A DNA stretch of 64,000 bases from a virus, in IMG/VR virus record IMGVR_UViG_3300045988_183134, positions 1 to 64,000 of that record; one strand, 5' to 3'. Below the pieces are notes generated by a model. The model had not been told where the DNA came from and did no database searches. It saw only the letters and a list, made by a program, of their open reading frames with translations. This document shows, piece after piece, positions 43,022 to 50,538 of the stretch (position 1 is the stretch's first letter; each line of letters opens with the position of its first letter). A program made the position numbers and the translations under genes.

Positions 43022-43405
43022 ATGGAACAGGCAATTATCAATGTTGAAGGTACGACTACCATTGAAACCGCTGCAGCGGCAAAAAAGCTGATTGAAATGT
43101 TTGGCAATCAGAACGTCCGCGCCATCGCTGTCAACCGTGTAAACGACAAGAGCGACGAGGTCATTGTTGAACTCGATTTCGTTCCCGGTTTGGCACCGCA
43201 TCTGCACGGCTTCACGCTTCAGGTTAATGGCTTGACCTGTGGTTATGCTGGTACTGGTCCTTCCAATCTGTATGAAGTCCTGCAGGCGGCTGGCGTGAGT
43301 GAAGCTCAGGTAGCACGCGAGGACATCACTCAGAAGAGCACAAAAACCATTCCTCTGCGCCTGGAACGCGCCGTGACTCAGTACGGCGACTTCCAGTTTG
43401 CGTAA
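43022..43405 (+). CDS. hypothetical protein embedded in the tRNA array
   Basis: ATG 10 nt after GGAG (the track start at 43013 is too close to the RBS); 127 aa. Confidence 0.6.
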   Translation: MEQAIINVEGTTTIETAAAAKKLIEMFGNQNVRAIAVNRVNDKSDEVIVELDFVPGLAPHLHGFTLQVNGLTCGYAGTGPSNLYEVLQAAGVSEAQVAREDITQKSTKTIPLRLERAVTQYGDFQFA

Positions 43406-43435
43406 CGCTATTTGGCGGGCTTGACCCGCCATCAT

Positions 43436-43511
43436 GGAGGGATAGCTTAGCTGGATAAAGCACCTGCCGCAAAGCAGGGTATCGATGGTTCGAGGCCATC
43501 TCCCTTCTCCA
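43436..43511 (+). tRNA. tRNA-Cys(GCA)-like with a 6-nt anticodon loop
   Basis: good acceptor, D and T arms; CCTGC/GCAGG stem encloses CGCAAA (no U33); CCA encoded. Confidence 0.55.
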
Positions 43512-43870
43512 TCCAGACACCCTTTCGCTTCCTTTCGCCAAAGGTATCTGGGGTATTGTACTGCATTGCGTGTAGTACGGCCAATCAGGCGCGGAACTCC
43601 GAAACCATACCACGAAGAATTTTATCCTCTCCGCGCAGCATGGACATGCGATTTTACGGGGATAAATTCAAACCGAAATTGTGTCGAGTGGCGAAGACGG
43701 TTGCGACACTGGCGAAGCACATATCTGCTTCGTCAACCATCCATGAGAAAGCCTCCACGTGGCAGATGGTGGGCAACGCAGCAAAGCTGCGGCTGATTTC
43801 TTTCAAACCGGTATCTGAATAAATGCAGATAAATAGACGAAAAAATCAAAAAAGCAAAGGAGTACACAGC
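43512..43870 (+). ncRNA. 359-nt ORF-poor spacer
   Basis: no RBS-supported ORF between the tRNA and 43871. Confidence 0.25.
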
Positions 43871-45004
43871 ATGAGTAATCAGAAAATCATCAAAGCAATC
43901 GCAGGGATTGCAGCAGCCGGTATGATGGCAACTTGTCTGCCTGTCGCAGCATTCGCAGCCACCGGCGACACCTATCATTTCTCTTTCAGCAACGGTTCTT
44001 CCCAGGACCTGGCTCCGGGCGGCTCTATGACGTTCCCGGCAAGCCAGTATGACTACGGTTACTGGATTACCCTGCAGGGCCACGGCGGCTACACCTACAA
44101 CTACTATCCCGGCGACACTCTGCCGTACGATGCAGTTGACCAGTGGTTCACCGCTGACGGCATCACTTCCTGCTATGCGGCCGAAGGTAATCCGCGTTCC
44201 ATCACCATCAACTATCAGATTGACGGCAACACTGTGCTGACCGAAACTGACACCGCCACTTTCCCCGGCAGCGTTGATGGTCAGAGCGTTGAAGCCTGGA
44301 CCACGGATTCCGGTGATACTTACACCGCATCCAGCAAGAGCCTGAACCATGACCGCCTGTTCTACTACCTGGGCGACGACATCCACGACAATGTCCTGAC
44401 CCTGAAAGCCACTTCTGCATCCACTCCCGATGACGGCAAGGATGACAACAAGGGCGATGACAAGGGCGATGTCACCAACCCCGACGATAAGGGCGACAAC
44501 AAGGGCGACAATACCGGCGACAGCGGCACCACCACTCCCGATGACAAGGGCGACGTAGTGGCCCCCGATAAGGACAACACCGGTAAGGACAACACTTCTA
44601 CCGGCTCCAACAAGGGCAACGGTACTACCACCACTACTCCGACCGCTCCTCGCAAGAACGTTGAAGTCTCTGAGCACGGTGAAATTGCCGCCGCTATTGC
44701 CAATGGCACCTGGGGCAATGAGTACACCGTCTGCACCAGCTGTGGCTATCACAACTGGACCCGCAAGGGTAACGTTTACGTCTGTGACCATTGTGGTCAT
44801 GAAGTTCTGACTGTTAAGGGCGCTGATGGCGTCAAGGGCTATGCTGGCACTCTGGCTGGCAACGAGCCCCAGTACGCTTCTACCTCTGAAGCTCAGGCTG
44901 CTGCTGAAAAGCGTGAAGCCGCTTATGCCGCTTCCATCGCTGCTTTGCAGGCACAGGTTGCCGCTCGTGAAGCTGCTTATGCTGCTTCCCTGGGCATCCA
45001 CTAA
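43871..45004 (+). CDS. secreted GC-rich protein with (D/N)KGD repeats and a C-terminal Cys4 motif
   Basis: AAAGGAG RBS; signal peptide ..ATCLPVAAFAATG; DDKGDNKGDNTGD repeats; CTSCG..VCDHCGH; the antisense ORF 43733-45001 is a shadow. Confidence 0.8.
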   Translation: MSNQKIIKAIAGIAAAGMMATCLPVAAFAATGDTYHFSFSNGSSQDLAPGGSMTFPASQYDYGYWITLQGHGGYTYNYYPGDTLPYDAVDQWFTADGITSCYAAEGNPRSITINYQIDGNTVLTETDTATFPGSVDGQSVEAWTTDSGDTYTASSKSLNHDRLFYYLGDDIHDNVLTLKATSASTPDDGKDDNKGDDKGDVTNPDDKGDNKGDNTGDSGTTTPDDKGDVVAPDKDNTGKDNTSTGSNKGNGTTTTTPTAPRKNVEVSEHGEIAAAIANGTWGNEYTVCTSCGYHNWTRKGNVYVCDHCGHEVLTVKGADGVKGYAGTLAGNEPQYASTSEAQAAAEKREAAYAASIAALQAQVAAREAAYAASLGIH

Positions 45005-45041
45005 TTTGCCATCCTCTAACTAACGGTAATCGATAGTTATT

Positions 45042-45115
45042 CGAGGATTCGCCAAACGGTAAGGCATCAGGCTTTGACCCTGACAACGGTTGTTCGACTC
45101 GACCATTCTCGGCCA
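45042..45115 (+). tRNA. tRNA-Gln(TTG)
   Basis: cloverleaf, loop CTTTGAC, D-arm GCCAAACGGTAAGGC; CCA encoded. Confidence 0.8.
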
Positions 45116-45195
45116 ACGCTCACTTTCATGCGCATCGGAAGTGAGATTCCTCAAAGCTGTGTTCCCATAAGCAAGGCACGGAAGATGCGCGACAA

Positions 45196-45271
45196 GTGCT
45201 CGTAACTCAATCGGTAGAGTACCCGACTTTTAATCGGGGTGTTCGGGATTCGATTTCCCGCGAGCGCACCA
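45196..45271 (+). tRNA. tRNA-Lys(TTT)
   Basis: cloverleaf, loop CTTTTAA; CCA encoded. Confidence 0.85.
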
Positions 45272-45302
45272 TGCCCGGCAGAGCATTATCTGCCACTTTT
45301 GT

Positions 45303-45378
45303 GGGTGTATAGCTCAGTAGGCAGAGCGGCGGACCGTTAATCCGTTTGTCGCAGGTTCAAATCCTGCTACGCCCGCCA
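45303..45378 (+). tRNA. tRNA-Asn(GTT) with C33
   Basis: cloverleaf, loop CCGTTAA; CCA encoded. Confidence 0.8.
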
Positions 45379-45381
45379 TAA

Positions 45382-45459
45382 GCTCCTCTGGTGAAATTGG
45401 CAGACACAGTGCGCTCAAACCGCACCGTTTTGAGGGTTCGAATCCCTCGGGGAGTACCA
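45382..45459 (+). tRNA. tRNA with CAA (Leu) anticodon and Leu-type D-arm but no long variable arm
   Basis: perfect GTGCG/CGCAC stem, loop CTCAAAC; D-arm TGGTGAAATTGGCAGACAC; 6-nt variable region; A73; CCA encoded. Confidence 0.6.
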
Positions 45460-45488
45460 TGTCCGGCAGTACAACAACTGCCATTTAT

Positions 45489-45564
45489 GGGTTGTTAGCT
45501 CAGCTGGTAGAGCAACGGACCGTTAATCCGTGGGCCGCAGGTTCAAACCCTGTACAACCCGCCA
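45489..45564 (+). tRNA. tRNA-Asn(GTT) with C33, second copy
   Basis: cloverleaf, loop CCGTTAA; CCA encoded. Confidence 0.8.
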
Positions 45565-45567
45565 TAT

Positions 45568-45642
45568 GCTCCAGTGGCGAAACTGGCAAACGCGGCGGCT
45601 TTATGTCCCGTTTTACTCTGGGTTCGACTCCCAGCTGGAGTA
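45568..45642 (+). tRNA. tRNA with TAT (Ile, AUA) anticodon on the same Leu-like scaffold
   Basis: loop TTTATGT, stem has a C.C at 31-39; D-arm TGGCGAAACTGGCAAACGC; A73; no encoded CCA. Confidence 0.5.
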
Positions 45643-45649
45643 TCTATAT

Positions 45650-45725
45650 AGGGGTGTAGCTCAAGTGGTAGAGCAGCGGTCTCCAAAACCGCTTGTTGCA
45701 TGTTCGAGTCGTGTTACCCCTGCCA
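45650..45725 (+). tRNA. tRNA-Trp(CCA)
   Basis: AGGGG 5' end, loop CTCCAAA; CCA encoded. Confidence 0.85.
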
Positions 45726-45735
45726 CAATAAGAAA

Positions 45736-45764
45736 AGCCGTCCTCACATAAGAGGCGGCTTTTT
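45736..45764 (+). terminator. intrinsic terminator after the first tRNA block
   Basis: AGCCGTCCTC..GAGGCGGCT hairpin followed by TTTTT. Confidence 0.65.
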
Positions 45765-45807
45765 GTTTTGGAGAGTATACAGACCAAAAAACTAAACCAC
45801 AAGTTGA

Positions 45808-45835
45808 TTGCAGATGTGCAAAAACATGGTATAAT
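45808..45835 (+). promoter_or_regulatory. promoter related to the dyad-box family (shifted box)
   Basis: TTGCAG at GTGCAAA aacatgg TATAAT. Confidence 0.45.
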
Positions 45836-45869
45836 AATATCAGAACGAAACGAAAGGAGATACCCCAAA

Positions 45870-46010
45870 ATGCTGTGCAACACTGTTAATGTCATGTCGT
45901 ATGAGTATAGTTACGAATATTCTGAGTTCATGTCCTTTGAACGCAGTTTTATTTCTCATACTCCTCGACAGGCAAAAACAGACCATGTACAGATGCGGTG
46001 CGTCTTCTAA
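45870..46010 (+). CDS. 46-aa hypothetical peptide
   Basis: AAAGGAG RBS 8 nt upstream of the ATG at 45870. Confidence 0.4.
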   Translation: MLCNTVNVMSYEYSYEYSEFMSFERSFISHTPRQAKTDHVQMRCVF

Positions 46011-46028
46011 GCGATAACTGCATGTCAT

Positions 46029-46064
46029 AGCTGCTTGTCGAGATTTCGGCAGGCAGCTTTTTTG
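46029..46064 (+). terminator. intrinsic terminator
   Basis: AGCTGC..GCAGCT hairpin followed by TTTTTT. Confidence 0.6.
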
Positions 46065-46095
46065 TTGCCTGCAATACAGAAAGGCAGCAAGAAAA

Positions 46096-46317
46096 ATGAA
46101 CGTTCCTACTATTGATATCCAGCAGACAGGTGCCAATATCAAGGCCCTGCGAAAGGCAGCAGGCATCAAGGTGAAGGATGTGGCAGACATGCTCGGTGTA
46201 TCTCCGCAGGCGGTTGCTAAATGGCAAGCCGGAACAGCGCTTCCCACCATCGATAACCTTGTGATATTAGCAGCAATGCTCGATACGAAAATTGATGACA
46301 TCCTTGTCATCGCATAA
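46096..46317 (+). CDS. XRE/Cro-type HTH regulator
   Basis: 73 aa; IKALRKAAGIKVKDVADMLGVSPQAVAKWQAG..P.....ILA.ML. Confidence 0.8.
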   Translation: MNVPTIDIQQTGANIKALRKAAGIKVKDVADMLGVSPQAVAKWQAGTALPTIDNLVILAAMLDTKIDDILVIA

Positions 46318-46346
46318 ACCCTCGCCGCAGGATTGCGGCTATATAT

Positions 46347-46426
46347 GGCCCGTTGGACGAATTGGTAGAGTTGCCGCCCTTTCACGGCGGAGGTTATTGT
46401 GGGTTCGAAACCCACACGGGTCACCA
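46347..46426 (+). tRNA. tRNA-Glu(TTC), atypical D-arm and 8-nt variable loop
   Basis: acceptor GGCCCGT/ACGGGTC-A and arm CCGCCCTTTCACGGCGG match bacterial tRNA-Glu; CCA encoded. Confidence 0.7.
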
Positions 46427-46427
46427 T

Positions 46428-46503
46428 GCTTCTGTAGCTCAACAGGTAGAGCAGTGGTCTGAAGAGCCACGTGCAGCTGGTTCGAATCCAGCCGGAAGCA
46501 CCA
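46428..46503 (+). tRNA. tRNA-Phe(GAA)
   Basis: cloverleaf, loop CTGAAGA; CCA encoded. Confidence 0.85.
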
Positions 46504-46527
46504 TCGAGGTTTTATACCTCATTCTAT

Positions 46528-46612
46528 GTGTCGGTATGCAAGTGGTTAAAGCAAACGGTCTGTAAAACCGCTCCGTTACGGTTCACTGGTTCGAATCCAG
46601 TCCGACACACCA
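46528..46612 (+). tRNA. tRNA-Tyr(GTA), class II
   Basis: loop CTGTAAA, variable arm CCG-TTA-CGG; CCA encoded. Confidence 0.85.
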
Positions 46613-46615
46613 TAA

Positions 46616-46689
46616 GGCCCCTTCGACAAGTTGGTCTAAGTCGCCAGCCTCTCAAGCTGGAGTCGGCAGTTCGAGTCTGCCAGGGGTCA
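46616..46689 (+). tRNA. tRNA-Glu(CTC)
   Basis: perfect CCAGC/GCTGG stem, loop CTCTCAA; Glu-like acceptor GGCCCCT/AGGGGTC-A; no encoded CCA. Confidence 0.7.
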
Positions 46690-46725
46690 TACAAGCACCT
46701 ATGTTATGTCAAAAAGGTGCATTAT

Positions 46726-46815
46726 GCAGAGGTCGCCTAACGGTAGGGCAGCAGCTTGCTAAGCTGCCGTCGCGGAAATCGCGGCATGTGAGTTCGAATC
46801 TCACCCTCTGCGCCA
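46726..46815 (+). tRNA. tRNA-Ser(GCT), class II
   Basis: loop TTGCTAA, long variable arm CGCGG-AAAT-CGCGG, G73; CCA encoded. Confidence 0.8.
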
Positions 46816-46818
46816 TCT

Positions 46819-46906
46819 GCTTGCTTGTTCGAGTGGTTGATGAAATCGGTCCAGAAAACCGACGATGGGAGACTGTCCGAAGGTTCGAATCCTTCAGCAA
46901 GCGCCA
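46819..46906 (+). tRNA. class II Ser-like tRNA with loop CCAGAAA (anticodon AGA, C33)
   Basis: perfect acceptor GCTTGCT/AGCAAGC, TCGGT/ACCGA stem, long variable arm, G73; CCA encoded. Confidence 0.55.
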
Positions 46907-47265
46907 CTGCCCTCATTCTGTGCGGTATCCGTGCAGGTGAGGGCTTTTTCTTTTGCTTTTCGCTTCGAATTTCGGACTCGAATGGCGTTAATGGTCGGAT
47001 ATTCTTGATTATACATGCCTTTGCTGTATGGCAAATAGCTCCAAACAGTATTGGTTTTTACACCCAATTCTTCTGCAATTTCAGGAACTGACATACCGTT
47101 CGCACGCAGCTTCCCGATTTTTTCTGATGTTTCATCTGACCATGCCCCGGCTGTAATCAGTATTTTGCGCACTTTCTGCAATGAGATGCCTGCACGTTTG
47201 GCAATGGTTCTTCTAGGTATACCTTGCTCATGGAGCCGGAGAACCGTCTGCATTGTCGCGTCCAT
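46894..47265 (-). CDS. tandem-HTH protein (2 repeats), minus strand
   Basis: IPRRTIAKRAGISLQKVRKIL and SVPEIAEELGVKTNTVWSYL; the C-terminal tail runs through the terminator and 13 nt of the tRNA. Confidence 0.65.
   Translation of the reverse strand: MDATMQTVLRLHEQGIPRRTIAKRAGISLQKVRKILITAGAWSDETSEKIGKLRANGMSVPEIAEELGVKTNTVWSYLPYSKGMYNQEYPTINAIRVRNSKRKAKEKALTCTDTAQNEGSGAC
46909..46949. terminator. terminator at the end of the tRNA array, shared with the convergent gene
   Basis: GCCCTCA..TGAGGGC hairpin followed by TTTTT. Confidence 0.65.
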
Positions 47266-47430
47266 TTGTCAGTACCTCGCCGTTATCGATTTTTGTATTG
47301 CCCTAATTGTTGTACTTTAATCATACAGCAAAGCAACAAAATTGTCCAGGAAGCAAAAGTGCCTTCATTTGCCACTGATTCATCTATTGCAAAAGAATGT
47401 GTATAAACTGTTACCATTTAACGCTTTCCG

Positions 47431-47459
47431 TTGTGAGAAATTGCGAATCGCGGTATAAT
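47431..47459 (+). promoter_or_regulatory. dyad-box promoter, family copy (17-nt spacer)
   Basis: TTGTGA gaaa TTGCGAA tcgcgg TATAAT. Confidence 0.55.
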
Positions 47460-47491
47460 TAAAGTGTAGAAAATGAAAGGATTTTTGCCGT

Positions 47492-48163
47492 ATGTACATT
47501 GATTTCACGAGCAAGCAGTACTCTTTCATCCTGCACGCTCTTGCCATCATGATAACGTTTTATAGCAACGATTTTTCCTCTATCTGCAAAGAGGTTGGAG
47601 AGGCTTATGGAGCAAGCGAGGCAGACATTGCAAGTGCTTGCGCTACTCTGACGGCTATCAACGTAACGGCTCCTGTTAAAAGCTATTCCGACAAGTGCAG
47701 CGAAATACTGGAAGATATGCTGCATCATGCACGGGAACTGCCGGAAAAGGATGCTCCGTATAAATACAGTATCGGCTTAGATACTCCTTCCTGGAAAGTC
47801 GTTGCCAATGCGTTGGATACATACTCTCGCATTCTAATGGGTCAATTTGGTGTCATTTATGAAGCCCTCGATATTTCTGGTAACGATGAACAGCACTTTC
47901 AGGCGTATCATGATGCACGCTGGAACGGAACAGGCGTCATCGAAGCCCGTGACCTTCTAATTCCGCAGCTCAAAAGGATGGGAATTGGCTGGAACGGAAA
48001 CTTCGGTATTTCCAACGCAGGGCTTGCCTACAACAGCAAGCTGGCATACGAGATTCTTAAAACCATTCGATATACGACAGAGAAACGAGATAGCTCCGTT
48101 CTGAAAGTGACAAACGAGCCGCTGCCGCATGTCGAGGGCTCTTTCCAAATCAAAGCACTGTGA
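47492..48163 (+). CDS. hypothetical protein
   Basis: 223-aa ORF with GAAAGGA RBS. Confidence 0.65.
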   Translation: MYIDFTSKQYSFILHALAIMITFYSNDFSSICKEVGEAYGASEADIASACATLTAINVTAPVKSYSDKCSEILEDMLHHARELPEKDAPYKYSIGLDTPSWKVVANALDTYSRILMGQFGVIYEALDISGNDEQHFQAYHDARWNGTGVIEARDLLIPQLKRMGIGWNGNFGISNAGLAYNSKLAYEILKTIRYTTEKRDSSVLKVTNEPLPHVEGSFQIKAL

Positions 48164-48185
48164 ACAAGATTGGAGGTTTTCCAGG

Positions 48186-48398
48186 GTGGGCGACCACATT
48201 ATTTCTTTTCTCGACATCTGCGCCATGCGCGGTCAGCTGGTTTTGGCAAAAGCACCGTCCATCCCGGCTATCAATAACAAAACTGTGTATTGTACCGGCG
48301 CTCACAAACACGGAGAGGACCGCTGCATCGTTCTTGACGGTGAGAAGTACAGCCAGATTCTCTTTGTTGACGGAACAATAAAATTATGCTGGCAGTGA
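48186..48398 (+). CDS. small Cys-containing hypothetical protein
   Basis: GTG 9 nt after GGAGG; competes with the alternative-frame ORF 48160-48381. Confidence 0.45.
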   Translation: MGDHIISFLDICAMRGQLVLAKAPSIPAINNKTVYCTGAHKHGEDRCIVLDGEKYSQILFVDGTIKLCWQ

Positions 48399-48407
48399 GG
48401 TGGCATT

Positions 48408-49484
48408 GTGGATAATATCATTGTGAACAGTGCTCTCTGGTATGCCGAGCAGAGCAGTCAATTTCTTGCGAATTCTGGGGCCAACAAGCTGCTGGATAAA
48501 GGCTATGACTACTATGTAAGTGAATTTATTCCGCTTGGGCACCGCCTTATCCAAAATGGTCAAATTGCTGCCAATGCGATGGATGGAGAGCTTGCCGCAC
48601 AGTTCTCGATGGCATACGTTGCAAACTATTGGCGTGCAGCAAAAACCGTATATAATTTTGCGCCGGAGTTTCTCAGAACATTGGCTGAGACTGAGGACGC
48701 ACCTATTTATTCTGACATTATGATGCGGTTGCCATACAGAGATTTTGTCATGAATCTGCCCACTGGCTCTCATCATGATGCGATGTTCGTACACATTGAA
48801 TTCGATGCTTCCCACGGGCCAAATGATGTGGATACGCTCTTCCTGATTGTTCCTTTTAAGGCGAACCCGAATGTCGATAACATCGAACTTTGCCAGTGCA
48901 TGCAGTGGTGTCTCAACGGCAAAAAGCTGATTGAATCTTATCGGCGCAACAATGATGCTCGCGAGCAGGCATTTCAGAACGGAACTGATTCTGCAACTGT
49001 CAATGACGCCACGGTTTCAAACGTACCAGGTGCCGTTCTCAGCGAGGAAGAGCTGCAAAAGCAGCGAGAATTCAACGCCGGTATTGAGCCGTATCTTCGT
49101 ATCGCGGTCTCTGCCGCTTATTATCTTGCATCAAAAAACGCAGAAATCAAAGAGGTAAAAATCCCGAAAGAGAAGCGGCCCGTCCTTGTTTCCAAACCCG
49201 GTGCTACTCCTAAAAAAGTAAATGTCAAAACTTACAATGTGGGCTTTGTAATCGGCAAGAGCTTTGAAATGCAGCTGGTTTCCGGTGCAGAATATCAGAA
49301 ATCCACAGCAACTGGCACAGGCCGTACGGTCAGACCACATGTCCGCCGTGCTCATTGGCACCACTACTGGGTTGGAGAAGGTCGAACTCGCTTAGAAGTC
49401 CGCTGGATTGAGCCAACTTTTGTGCTGCCGGAAGGGAAACGTGAGATAAAAATTGCAACAGTAAGACGCGTCATGGGCACTTAA
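48408..49484 (+). CDS. hypothetical protein, His/Trp-motif paralog family (copy 2)
   Basis: GTG after GAGGTGG; RPHVRRAHWHHYWVGEGRTRLEVRWIEP near the C-terminus. Confidence 0.7.
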   Translation: MDNIIVNSALWYAEQSSQFLANSGANKLLDKGYDYYVSEFIPLGHRLIQNGQIAANAMDGELAAQFSMAYVANYWRAAKTVYNFAPEFLRTLAETEDAPIYSDIMMRLPYRDFVMNLPTGSHHDAMFVHIEFDASHGPNDVDTLFLIVPFKANPNVDNIELCQCMQWCLNGKKLIESYRRNNDAREQAFQNGTDSATVNDATVSNVPGAVLSEEELQKQREFNAGIEPYLRIAVSAAYYLASKNAEIKEVKIPKEKRPVLVSKPGATPKKVNVKTYNVGFVIGKSFEMQLVSGAEYQKSTATGTGRTVRPHVRRAHWHHYWVGEGRTRLEVRWIEPTFVLPEGKREIKIATVRRVMGT

Positions 49485-49495
49485 AGGAGATTCAT

Positions 49496-50032
49496 ATGAA
49501 AGCAAACTACAAAGTAATCGCAAACAAGCAGAAAATTCTTGAAAAAGAAATTGAAAATTTCGAGCCAACATCAACAATGTCAGTGCTTCTGATGCGCTAC
49601 AGCATCATACAAGGGCTACTCCAGGTTAAACTGAACGAAAAAGACGCGAATGGTAGCCCTAACATCAGCCCTTCCGATATGGCATACGATATGACTACAT
49701 TTTTTAGCGATGCCGTCAATACTGCGGCCGATGATTTCACAGATGATGATGACGACCGCACAATAAAATTTGATGGCACCGTTGATGAATTCCGGCAAGA
49801 ACTGGCTAATCGGGTTCTGATAACACTCAGCCTGGCGTTTGAACATGAATTCATAAATTTTACAGAACAAACCGGGATTACCCGCGCCCAGTATGAGATT
49901 CTTGCCGCTGAATACATCGCCCACGCTGAAGATGATGGCAGCAAAGTATCCGAAATGTTCAAAGGTGACGATTCTGAAAAAACCAAGCCCAAAGGTTGGA
50001 CCAGCGCCACACCACAAAACAGACGAAGCTAA
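49496..50032 (+). CDS. acidic hypothetical protein
   Basis: AAAGGAG RBS; 178 aa including DDFTDDDDDR. Confidence 0.65.
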   Translation: MKANYKVIANKQKILEKEIENFEPTSTMSVLLMRYSIIQGLLQVKLNEKDANGSPNISPSDMAYDMTTFFSDAVNTAADDFTDDDDDRTIKFDGTVDEFRQELANRVLITLSLAFEHEFINFTEQTGITRAQYEILAAEYIAHAEDDGSKVSEMFKGDDSEKTKPKGWTSATPQNRRS

Positions 50033-50041
50033 AAAAGCCAC

Positions 50042-50069
50042 TTGCACGAATGTGCGAACCGCCTAAAAT
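50042..50069 (+). promoter_or_regulatory. dyad-box promoter, family copy
   Basis: TTGCAC gaat GTGCGAA ccgcc TAAAAT. Confidence 0.6.
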
Positions 50070-50170
50070 AATAATTGCATAACAGATACCATCACTTACC
50101 TCCTAACTGAACATTAACAATCTGTCATGCTTGTAAGCAGACTCTCTTTTGAGGGCCTGCTTCTTTTTTT
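50070..50170 (+). ncRNA. structured RNA cassette, family member
   Basis: GCATAACAGATACCA box pairing with ATCTGTCATGC, ATTAACAATCTG box, terminator AAGCAGACTCTC..GAGGGCCTGCTT followed by T7. Confidence 0.6.
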
Positions 50171-50216
50171 GTATGTATTGATTAGAAACAAAATTATTTT
50201 AGAAAGGATGAATACC

Positions 50217-50456
50217 ATGACGAATACCAAAAACAGCTTCACCAGGTTCGCAGCTGCCGCAAAAGATTGCTTCTATGTGAACTCTTTTCGAGCAGACTTA
50301 GTTCAGTGCGACAGGGCCTTGAAAATGGACGGTGAAATGCGCGTCGAAGCGGAATGCTGGATGAACATTTTGGATGCCCTGGACGATAACGACATCAAGA
50401 TGTATGTCGATAACGAATACCGTCCCGGACTTTTGAACCCGTTCCATAAATGGTAA
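50217..50456 (+). CDS. hypothetical protein
   Basis: second ATG, 9 nt after AGAAAGG; 79 aa. Confidence 0.55.
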   Translation: MTNTKNSFTRFAAAAKDCFYVNSFRADLVQCDRALKMDGEMRVEAECWMNILDALDDNDIKMYVDNEYRPGLLNPFHKW

Positions 50457-50496
50457 CGTTCCCAAAAAAACAAATGAATCACAACCCATTACTCAT

Positions 50497-50532
50497 GCGG
50501 TAGGGCAGCATTGCTGTTCTGCCGCTATTTTT
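50497..50532 (+). terminator. intrinsic terminator
   Basis: GCGGTAGGGCAGC..GCTGTTCTGCCGC stem (three G.U pairs) followed by TATTTTT. Confidence 0.65.
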
Positions 50533-50538
50533 GTTTTT

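Noticed and set aside
44400-44650. Tandem GACAAGGGCGA-type repeats as a CRISPR or VNTR element
   Set aside because: The repeats are in-frame, degenerate and encode (D/N)KGD units of the secreted protein. No spacer-repeat periodicity is seen anywhere in the window.
43733-45001. 422-aa minus-strand ORF
   Set aside because: It is a shadow of the GC-rich + strand secreted protein gene, which has an RBS and a signal peptide. The translation is Gly/Ser/Val/Ala low complexity.
42012-46906. Suppressor tRNA that could explain the in-frame TAG at 23432
   Set aside because: None of the 17 hand-folded tRNAs has a CUA, UUA or UCA anticodon.
41737-46949. tRNA array as a prophage attachment site or integration module
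   Set aside because: No integrase, excisionase or partial-tRNA direct repeat is visible. The tRNAs are phage-type, with their own promoter.
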